Assembly: GCA_020536535.1 (NCBI GenBank)
Contig: JAHLWZ010000202.1
Coordinates: 1 to 36,624 of the forward strand
Origin: Pelomyxa schiedti
Taxonomy: Eukaryota; Protista; Evosea
DNA length: 36,624 bases
Direction of reading: 5' to 3'
A program made the translations under genes and the position numbers. The notes beneath the pieces were generated by a model that saw only the letters and a list, made by a program, of their open reading frames with translations, did not search any database and was not told the origin of the DNA. Of the stretch, positions 1-13,090 are shown piece after piece; position 1 is the stretch's first letter, and each line of letters opens with the position of its first letter.

Positions 1-724
<724 letters not shown>

Positions 725-824
725 NNNNNNNNNNNNNNNNNNNNNNNNNNNNNNNNNNNNNNNNNNNNNNNNNNNNNNNNNNNNNNNNNNNNNNNNNNNN
801 NNNNNNNNNNNNNNNNNNNNNNNN

Positions 825-2300
825 TGTCAGTGCAGTGTTCATTCCGCCAAACTGGAACAATTCCTGCTTGGTGGGCAGAAGGTACCACGTGGGTGCCGTG
901 CGGACCAAGTGGGGCGTACTTGTGGGTGGGTTCATCTCGTACTGAGGCATTCCGAGGTGTTCCACCCACAATGCATTATCCCCAACTCTTTGGCATCCAA
1001 CTCGCACGTGGATGATACTTGTCTGTGGATGTTCAAGTTAGTTCTTTTTGGGATGTAGAACGGGGATGCTCACTGTTTTCCTCGATAGATAGTGGCTACA
1101 TCTTGAGGAGTGGCAGAATCCGAGCAGCGGCCCAAGAGTGCATTTTTGCAGTCTCGCTTTCTTCAATCCATGGAACCAGCTTTAAAACCGGAAACAAAGT
1201 GAGCCAAATTAGAAAAGGAGTTGGAGGGAACTACTTGCATGTATTCATCTCCAATGAACCCTGCGAAAATAGGAAGGTCAACAAAAATGAGGTAATGAAA
1301 CTTCATGAAGTCTTATTAGCTGGTCGAGGTGAAGCTGATCATAGCTAAACCAGTATGGGTATAGTTTTTGCCACTGGGAAATGTCCAAGGAGGTTGATGC
1401 ACGTCCCCCAGCACTACGTGGAAACACAGTAAGTGTTACAGATACGATTAGATTATCTCCAACTGTGGATATTCCAAGGAATAGAGTTGGATAGCTGTTG
1501 CCGTTGGTTGCCTTGCGAAACGGGACTGCAGTTGATTGTGTCTGGAGTCACTTCACGAACAGGAGTGGAGACGCCGATTCTGGCTTACTGGTTCGTGCCT
1601 CCTTTGTAGTAGAGCAAGTAGACGGAACACTGGGTCTAGAACTAGAAGTAGTAGTAGCTATAGTGACACCAGATGCACGATGTATAAGTTTTCTTTGCCG
1701 AGTTGGGAGGTTTTTGCAGACTCGGACCGGACCGTTTGGTGTGGCATCACGGAGTGCGTTGCGGTTTGTTGCCTAGACGAAGTGCTCAATTATCAAATAT
1801 ACCTGGTAGGACGTTTAAAAACCGCCTGTAGTAGCCACATCTTTGACTACAAGTTGTTATTACTCCACTGATCCGCACCTTCACTCAGAATCCAGCTTGG
1901 AATGAAGTTACCTCAAGACAATGTGACAACCCCAAAAATTAGTTGAGCGTGATGCAGCGAATGTAAATTCTCTCTGGCCGTCATGGTAACGCTCCAGCCA
2001 AGTATTGCAACCTCTACTGTCAATTCCGAGATTATTTTCATTGGTAGTACCATGAACATGAGCATGTTTCCCATCATTGGATTTGGAACTGCATGGGTGA
2101 TGCTGCAATCCACCAGTACTTGTTCTCTGCTCATGTGCAGAAGCCCTCCAAACATCTTTTAAGGCCCAGACCCACAGTGCAAAAGTAATATCAAATCGCA
2201 ATTGGCAAGTCAAATGGCCGTGCTCTTCAGTAACCCAAGGCGGACGACGGAACATCTGCAATTCTAAGGTACGAAGGCCGGTTGTGTAACATTCATTCAC
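825..2300 (-). pseudogene. Possible degraded multi-exon hypothetical gene
   Basis: Several GT..AG-bounded segments between about 1415 and 825 can be spliced into one open frame (CWGTCINLLGHF...WYLLPTKQELFQFGGMNT). The upstream segment (about 1430-1775) has stops in all three frames. No domain recognised. Confidence 0.25.
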
Positions 2301-3097
2301 CAGAGGGGCATAGAGTGACCCACGTTATGAAATGCACGGATCCCAGGAAATGAACGAGTCAACAAAGAACATAACGTGTCCATCACAGAATGGCGCTTTT
2401 TGTTTCTGGGAGAGCGTGCGTTAGCCAAGTTACTGACAATGGACCATCGATACGAAATCGGAAAAGACTTCATTCAAGCTGCCAGATGGAAACACGTCCC
2501 ATAATCACGTCATCATACATGACAACTCCTCCTCGTTCATCTCCTGTTCCACTCATCGCCTACACTTTGTTTTTTCGTTTTTGTGCAGGGTGGACAGGAT
2601 CAAAGATCACACAATAAGCAGGGCAATACTGTCACACTCGTCCTACTACTACTTCGACGTTTGACAACTGAGTGACAGGTGCCAAACACGGTGCCATTTC
2701 ATTTTTTTAAAAAAATGAGATGAACGAAGCCGTTCCACGACGACCCAGGTCCGGTGATAAGGAAGCAAGGAGGAACGAGGTGTGAGTGACGGAGTCGTGG
2801 CTCTGGGGGTCGTGGTTGTTGCGGTGGCCAGTGTGAGGTGTCCTGCTGCGCCATATTCATCACCGTATCGTGTCACTTCTCCACGCCCACAAATTTCTAC
2901 TCCTACTCAGAATTCGTTACTATGTTGTACTTCAAACCTCGTTACGCCGACTTCAGGAATCCACGCATTTGGATTATCGTGTTGAACACTGCTTCAAAAA
3001 AACCATGGTTAAGATAGTTTCCAATTCTTTTTTTTTAATTAACTTCGGAATCTTTGTCGTGTTGCCTCGCCTCCGTTCATTTGACTGAGAACACCTC

Positions 3098-3480
3098 AGA
3101 GTGGATTATATCCATTACCGAGTAGATTGACTATCCATATTGATTAGATTCTATCCTTTATCTTGACTGTATCGATTACAGAGTATATTCTATCCTGGTT
3201 TATAATACATTTATCTTATATCTATCTTGTATCCATTACAGAGTAGATTATCCAATTTTACAGATATTGATTAGCCTCTATCCTGGTTTATAATATTTAG
3301 TAGATTCTATACTGGGGCTTTTAGAGATTATAATAGATTTCTTGTATATATAACACCTCCATAAGTACTGTATTAGCCTTTAGTAGTATCCTTTAGAAAA
3401 TATTATTCACATTAGTACAGTATCCATTCATCGTAATATCCGCAATATGAAATTTAGGTATATCCTGTAGTATTAGCCCC
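3098..3480. repeat. AT-rich degenerate repeat tract
   Basis: Variants of TATCCATTACAGAGTAGATT occur at about 3109, 3170 and 3230, and CTATCCTGGTTTATAATA at about 3190 and 3278. No ORF of 60 aa or more in the track. Confidence 0.6.
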
Positions 3481-4029
3481 ATACAATGTTGATTCATTAA
3501 ACAGAAAACAACAACCACGCCTGATCCGATCTGCTCTGAACTTGCGGTCGGTGCTGCTCTTGCTGCTGTGCTTGATCACTTATGTGTTTTCCAACCACCA
3601 TCAGCCATCAGCCACCACTTGTTGTTGTGCTGCTTGCTGTCACCACCCGCCTGTGTTTGTCTCTGTCTCGCCACACCGCCTGCTTACAGTACTGTATGTT
3701 ATTGTTGTGACTTGTGTGCTTATTGTTGTGTGTCCTAATAACAGGGAGTTATGTCTTGGGAAAAACAAAATTGTGTCTTGGGAAATTTCCTTCAATTCGA
3801 TTTTTTCGCTCCCTAAAAACTTTTCATGCGTTGCGTCAACGTCGTAGATTGGGCCGAGGTGTTTCTGACTGGAGGTTGGTTGTTGTGAAAGTGAATGACA
3901 TGTGATGCTATGCTGGGGGTCCACCGAAGACTTGGAATTCACGCGGTCCTTTTCTTTTTGCCACACCCACAATGCAGTTTGGAGATAAATTTCGTTTTAG
4001 TTTGCCCCGGGAATCCCCCTTATACTTCG

Positions 4030-4169
4030 CCTACAGTAGCTCAGTGAACGCTAGTCCCAACCCAATCCAAACGACACCTCTTCAGAGGCCACTGATTGAA
4101 ATGGGATGTTCCGGTTAGAGCACCAGAGTCTAAAGCTGGGGGTCCTGGGTTCAAGTCCCAGCTGTAGGA
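4030..4169 (+). tRNA. tRNA-like gene, anticodon CUA (amber suppressor type, Tyr-like acceptor), with ~66-nt D-loop insertion (about 4046-4111)
   Basis: Acceptor stem CCTACAG(4030-4036)/CTGTAGG(4162-4168) with discriminator A4169. T8A9. D stem GCTC/GAGC(4118-4121). Anticodon arm CCAGA-GTCTAAA-GCTGG with CTA at 4130-4132. Variable loop GGGTC. T arm CTGGG-TTCAAGT-CCCAG. A TTTTT run follows immediately. Confidence 0.85.
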
Positions 4170-4171
4170 TA

Positions 4172-4176
4172 TTTTT
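4172..4176 (+). terminator. RNA polymerase III terminator (T5)
   Basis: TTTTT begins 3 nt after the tRNA discriminator base. Confidence 0.65.
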
Positions 4177-4208
4177 GCTATTTTGTTGTTGGAAGTAGTG
4201 GGAGGTTT

Positions 4209-7077
4209 TCATTCATGAGCATTGTTGGCTTTATGCTTGGGGGTGAAGGTGAATCCAGGAGGTGGTGGTCCCAAAAACATTGACGAAATATTCACCCAGT
4301 CAGTGGCCTAATAAAGCATGAAAAAAAAAAAAAAAGGAAGTTGGGTGGAGTGGCAACCTTGGGGCTTGAAAGAAGTGTCTCCAAGTCAGACCTTCCAAAG
4401 TATGCCGGTGCTCTGTCAATCATTCTTGCTGGTAAAACCTCAAGCAATCCAACTGGAACATATCTATTATTGTTAGTAGTCTATATTTTAGCACACTCTT
4501 AATGAAAATTGTGAAATTGATACTAGTGGTTACAGAGGGTTTTGTGTAATCAACCTGTAGGAGAACGAGAGCCATTGCAGTAGGAAGTTCCTGGTGTTTT
4601 CCACACCCCTTGTATCTGACCCCCAGTGCTCCAAACCATTTGAAACGAACTCCTTCACGATGTCCAACCTCTCTGATGCGGAAATATCCCAGTGCTTGCG
4701 TTGCTTGATTTCTTCAAATATCCATGGTTTAATGAGAGCACCTCGCGCAATCGTGGCTGTTGCAACTCCCGTCTGTAATGCGGCATCATAGTCTTCGTAA
4801 CTGAACACATCCCCATTTCCAAGCACCGTGACTTGTTTTTTCCCATTGCTGGAAGTGGAAGCAATCCCAACGCATTGTTTGATAAACTCCCAGTCGGCAA
4901 GTTTGCTGTATCTCTGGTGCCGGGACCGCCCATGGATGATTACAGCATCCACGCCCCATTGAGAGAGGTTGGGTACAATGGTCTTATGCACTGTGGGATT
5001 TTTTTCCTCTTTACCCGTGCGGATTTTGAGAGTCAGAGGCACATCAAGCACCTGAAGAAAAATGTTAGAAATATGCATGGAAATCAGCAAGTGATACCTG
5101 AGACATTGGAAGAAGAATACTCCCAAGTTTGGCAGGACGCTCAAGCAAACCTGCTCCACACCCATAATCCACAAGAAGGTCAATTGGACAACCAGCATTC
5201 ACGTCGACAAAGTCAACCTAAAATGGACTATTTTGGAAATTGCTAGTGCCTTCTCAATCGAGGGTGTCTCATTTCTTGAATTACCTGGAAGTTGTCATTG
5301 ATCACTTCGCATGCTTGTGTCATGAGCTGCGCATCATGGCCAGCAATTTGAATCCCAAAGATATCCTGGGAAGTCTGTGTGAGTGGTATTTTGATGGTCA
5401 GAGGTTTAAGTGTACTTCAGAAGGGTGTCTGCGCAATAAAGCCCATTCATTGATTTTTCCTGAAAGCAAGTTGGGTGCCATTGCCATTTCACCAACAGTG
5501 ATATCTGAATATGGTATTAACAACATCCGATGGATGCTGTTCGGCAGGGAGGGATCACACCTGCCCCAAATTTTTTGCATATTCTTCGGAAAGGTAGATT
5601 TCCAACAGTGGTCAGTGGTGCTAAATACAGTTTTCCTCTCCAATCGATTGATTTCTTCTCGCAAGACCGCAGGGGTTGTTCTGAAGCACAGCTGGTACTG
5701 GTGGAAGGGGTGGTGGGAACAATTTCGTTGCCTGGTGCCCCTTGTTCTGTATTTGGAGGCGGGGCTGCAGGTGGCGCATGTGGTACATTGGTCACTTTCT
5801 TCTGGCCCCCTTTGCCAGTGTTCCCTTTGGGAAAACTTGGGACCCGTTTGAAGGAGTAGGCCTGAAATAAGATAAGTGCAAGCTGGTAGCGTTAAAGACT
5901 AGTAAACCTTCTTTCTTAGAGATTGTAATAGCGCCTTGGGAAGTTGGTTATTTTCAGGGAGTAATTTTTCGGCAGAGTTTTCAGCCACAATGGATTTTTC
6001 ACCCTGTATGATGAACAAAGTGTCAACAGTTGCATCCCCAACGCTAAGAAGCCAAACCACGATATGCTGCCCTCCAAATCTACAGTGTAAGCCACTTGGG
6101 CATACTCCGTACTTCTGAAAAACAAGGCAGTCCCCTCCCAAATCAGACGGCTTTGATTTCAAATACTCTGTGGCTGAATGAATGTATTTGCAACCAGGGA
6201 AATTGCACTGAGAACCCTGCACAACAATAGTTTGAACCACTGTACAAACCAAGAACTAATGCCCCCCCAAAATATCATACCCAACAATCTCACAACAAAA
6301 CAAACCCAAAAACAGACACGGTAGAAAAGGAGGGTTATCCCGAGAAAAGTAAACGGGAATTGTCGATGTCACAAGCATGGGAGCCAACGAACCAACCAAC
6401 CAACCCACCTCGAGCATGTAAGGGCACAGCCTGTCACAGTACATCGACTCAGCTGGCACGCTTGCCCCGTTCTTGGGCCCCTTCCTCCTCCGCTTGTTGC
6501 GGCCCCCCCTTCCCCCTCCTCTGCCCCCCTGATTCCACTCCCTGCCCCCCTTCCCCGTGCCCTCCCCTGTTGTCGTTGGTGGTGGTGGTGTTGTGCTCGC
6601 GCTGGTTGTGGTGGTGGTGTTGTTTGCTGCTGTTCCCTCGCCCCCCTGCTCCTCCCCCTCCCCCTCCCCCTCCTCGTCTGCACCCCCTTCTGCCCCCTCG
6701 TCCTCCGCCTCTTGCTCGCCGCCACCTGTTGGGCCCCCACTGGCGCCTTGGCTCCTTGGCCTCTTGCTGCCGGCTGCTGCTGCTGCTGTCGGTGTGTCTT
6801 CCTCCGCCGCCACTCCGGCGGTGCCTGTGGGTGACGCCCTTGTGGCGGGCGAGGCGCTCGTGCTCGTGCTCGTGCATGTGGCTGTGGTCTTGGGGGCGGC
6901 CGTACGTGGTACGAGGTACTGGGCCTTTATTGGGGCATCCGCGCCAAACACCGGCCTCACTGCCTGTGCTTGTGGTTGTGGTTGTGGCTGTGGCTGTGGC
7001 TGCGGTTGCACCGCCACCACTGGTTGTAGGTCCCCTTCCCCGTTGTGCACGTCTGCCGCCTGGGCTGCCTCCTGCAT
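4209..7077 (-). CDS. DUS3: tRNA-dihydrouridine(47) synthase, Dus3/DUS3L family (multi-exon)
   Basis: Two CCCH-type zinc fingers (LCPYMLE/..[10 protein letters not shown]; [22 protein letters not shown]). Dus motifs [68 protein letters not shown] and GLEHWGSD. C-terminus ...[14 protein letters not shown] with TGA at 4209-4211. Confidence 0.95.
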
Positions 7078-7314
7078 AGGAACGATCTGATAGAAATTGC
7101 TTCCAAGAATAGTCGGTACCAGACTGCAGTGTCCTCCCAGGGCTTGGTGAGGGGGAGTCCCTGCCGTAGAACAAAAGTGTGCACCAAGGAAGCCCCTCGC
7201 AGTAACACAAGTTCGATCTCAGAATCTAGGAAACGAAAAAGAACGAGCAAAAACAAAAAAAAAAAAAAACAGAAAATAAAAAGGGCCCCATATTGCGGGT
7301 GGGTGGGATCGAAG
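7078..7314. promoter_or_regulatory. Putative bidirectional promoter between divergent DUS3 and SRPK
   Basis: Divergent ATGs at 7077 (-) and probably 7315 (+) are separated by 237 bp that include an A-rich tract. Confidence 0.45.
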
Positions 7315-10053
<2,739 letters not shown>

Positions 10054-10167
10054 ATTTCAAGTAACACTGATCACACTCTCTGTTCGTCGAACTCTGTTTT
10101 TTTTGGTTTTTGTTTTGATAGCAGATAGCAGTTCGTCGTAGACGAGAAGTACGCGAGGGGACACGCA

Positions 10168-10965
10168 ATGGTTGTACGGGGAGTGGCGGAAACGGCAACG
10201 TGGGGGAGAACAATTGTGGGACTGATAGCGCAGGTGGACCCAGTTGTGTTCGTCCTCAGCGCCACAGCGGGCGTCACCCTCATGGTTGCAATATTGGCGT
10301 TATGCTTCAGATCAAAAATTGTAGGGTCACCCTCGTCCTCGGCGCAGACGTCTGCAGCACCACCGGCTTCGCGTGCCTCTATCGAGAACAACAAGCTGCA
10401 CAGCAGCAATTGTGGGAGATCATCAAAGCCAGGAGCTGCTGATGATTGCAATCACAAATCACAGGTGAGTACAGGGACTAGTGCCAAGGATAAGGATAAG
10501 GACAAATCAACTGCTGGAACCCCAGCTGTGGTTTATGCTGATGTGTATGAGGAGATACTGGCCACCAACCCACTGCTGTTGTCTGACCCTCTAGCTTATG
10601 CCTGTATCCCTGGGCTGGCTGAGGCCCTGATGAAACGCGGGAGCCAGCAGAAAACGCAACACCAACCCCATGACAACACCGAATCCACCGGCATTAATCA
10701 GACGCACAGCTCTGTGACTGAGCCACAGACCTGTAGCACTACCGAGGTGGACATTTGCTCTGGTTCAGCTACTGTGAATGACACAGCAAGTGCTGATTCC
10801 TGTTGCGCAAAAAGGACCTGCAGCAACAGTTCCAGTGGAAATGGAAATGGCAGTAGTGATAGTACCAATGACAGCAACACACCCGCCACTGATTCAGTCG
10901 AAACAAAGAAGGATTCCCCAATCATAAGCACAGATGACACCAACCAACACCCACACAATGACTAA
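10168..10965 (+). CDS. Hypothetical single-pass membrane protein, 265 aa, intronless
   Basis: Uninterrupted ATG..TAA ORF fills the gap between SRPK and VPS20. It has an N-terminal hydrophobic stretch (VVFVLSATAGVTLMVAILALCF), S/T-rich disordered regions and one short ordered patch (YADVYEEILATNPLLLSDPLAYACIPGLAEAL). Confidence 0.7.
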   Translation: MVVRGVAETATWGRTIVGLIAQVDPVVFVLSATAGVTLMVAILALCFRSKIVGSPSSSAQTSAAPPASRASIENNKLHSSNCGRSSKPGAADDCNHKSQVSTGTSAKDKDKDKSTAGTPAVVYADVYEEILATNPLLLSDPLAYACIPGLAEALMKRGSQQKTQHQPHDNTESTGINQTHSSVTEPQTCSTTEVDICSGSATVNDTASADSCCAKRTCSNSSSGNGNGSSDSTNDSNTPATDSVETKKDSPIISTDDTNQHPHND

Positions 10966-11142
10966 CGCCTCCCATAATACCAGTGTGCATGTACAAACAA
11001 CGCGTTATCAAGGCAACACCCCTTCATCGCTCTTCATCAAAATCCTTTGTTCTTTCTCCAAAAAAAAAGCTCCGCCGAAATCACAGTCGCCTGCCAGCGG
11101 TTGTCATTGTGTGTAGCAGCACGGTGGTGATACGATAACATT

Positions 11143-12370
11143 ATGGGAGGGTTGTTCTCGTCGTTGTTTGGTGGGGGCGACAAGCACGGAGGAGGGTCTC
11201 ACGACGACGCAGCTGCACACCACTCAAAAAAGGACTCGGTCACTGCTCACGATAGAGCCGTGCGTGTCACCTCATTAAAATCGAATTACGAACCAGGAAT
11301 TAGAATAGCATCGTAATATGAATCAATGTTAAATGTCCAACACGAAACATGAAACAAAGCCAAATAAAAACGTACCATTCAAATTGGAACACAAACATAT
11401 CTCTTGGTGCTGTGTTGTGTTTAAATTGTGAATTGCTTGCTTTGTTGGTATATTGACTCACTACCAGATTCTAGACTTGAAAACGCAACGCGATAAAATC
11501 ACGATGTTTCAGAAGAAGGTAAATATCACCATCAGATGAAGCTTATTTACCTTACCCTGTCTAAAATAAGCAAAGATAAATGGAGTCATTGAAAGGGAGG
11601 TCCAAGTTGCCAAAGAATTGGCACATCAAGGCAAAAAGAAAGAGGTAAACGTTGCAATTTCCACAATTTCCTCTTATTTCACTTAGGCAATTCGAGTTTT
11701 GAAGAAGAAAAAGTATCAAGAACAACTGTTAGAAAAGGCGCAGTCACAACTTGACAATGTGCAACAAATGATTGACTCTGTTGAATTTGCTGTGATGGAA
11801 AAGCAGGTGTTTGATGGCTTGAAGGCTGGTAACGAGGTATGTTCGTAATGTCTTGTATGTGGTTAATGGGTATCTTAGGTATTGAAAGCTCTCAACAACG
11901 AAATGTCAGTAGAGCAAGTTGAAACTTTGATGGAAGAGACAGCTGAAGCAATAGAGTATCAAAATGTACCCAGTTCCCATTGACTCGATAACTGAGTAAC
12001 CACACCCACAGCAAATTGATGAGCTTCTTGCAGGGCAACTTACTTCAGCTGACAATGTGGCAATTGAGGAAGAACTTGATGCCATGGAAGTTGCAGTATG
12101 CCAATCGTTCCCTCAGCAGTATTCCCTTGACAGTAAAACATATAGCTAAGTATGCCAAGTGTACCGGAAACAGATTTGAAAAAGGTTAAAGTTACTGAAA
12201 AACCCGCAGAAACTGAAGTAATAGTTGACCCAGATGCTGACACAGAACCCACCCCTGGTAAGTTCTTTTTTAAATCAATTGGAAGTTTAAATGTTTATTT
12301 GGAATTGTACTCACTTTCATAAGCAAAAAACACCACCAAAAAGGAAAAGCAACTTGCTCTTGCAGACTGA
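11143..12370 (+). CDS. VPS20: ESCRT-III subunit Vps20/CHMP6 (Snf7 family), multi-exon
   Basis: MGGLFS N-myristoylation motif. Spliced sequence VTAHDRAILDLKTQRDK, AIRVLKKKKYQEQLLEK, IDSVEFAVMEKQVFDGLKAGNEVLKALN, VETLMEETAEAIEYQNQIDELLAGQL. First intron 11260-11468. TGA at 12368-12370. Absent from the ORF track because of short exons. Confidence 0.93.
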
Positions 12371-13090
12371 AGTAATAGTTGACCCACAATTCTGCAATTG
12401 CACTACAACAGAACACCCCTTTGCTTTTTGTGAACCAGTTCCCATAATTATCCCGTAGCAGATGTTTTTCCCCAAAAAACTAGGCGCCCCGGCGCACAAC
12501 ATCCGGAGATGGTGGGATACGTGGTGCTCCAATGTGAACGTGGTACTTCGAATAAATACATCATGCGCAAGCTATCATGCCAATCATCGTGGTGGTCCTC
12601 CAAGCAAGGGCTCCGCCACCCCCTGCCACCTAGCTCTGAACTGGGACCGGTGGGGAAACCCCACGTTACTCATATCACTGCCCTATCATTCCCTTTTTTT
12701 GTTCTTTCTTAGCCTGTAACCCACATCCACTACGTAGGGAAAAATTCAAACTCCTTTCGCACTTGTAACACAACGCGGAAGAAAGCCCCTTCCGCACGGT
12801 ACGAGAGCAACTACAGGGTTTTTTAATATTTCCGTGTGAGCTTTTTCCATGATTTGATGGATGCCTAAAGTAGAACTTCAACGGACCACGTACGAAATCA
12901 ATTTTCCATTACGGTGACACGCAACCGGGAACGCACGCCCCATGAACCCAATCTGTGTCCGGCGGACAATCACGCTGCGCTCCTATAGATTAGATTCAGT
13001 TTGACAGCAACCCCCTGCTTCGTCACCCACTTTGTGAACTTGACAAACAAAACGAACAAACGACAAGAAAAATCGGATTAAACGAGATAC

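Noticed and set aside
3098-3300. CRISPR-like repeat-spacer array
   Set aside because: The repeats are degenerate and irregularly spaced, the intervening sequences are themselves repetitive, there are no cas genes, and the context is eukaryotic.
4128-4134. Pyrrolysine tRNA (loop UCUAAA resembles tRNA-Pyl)
   Set aside because: The body has canonical D-loop GG, T-loop TTC, a 2-nt 8-9 linker and a 5-nt variable loop, all unlike tRNA-Pyl. No pyl genes are in the window.
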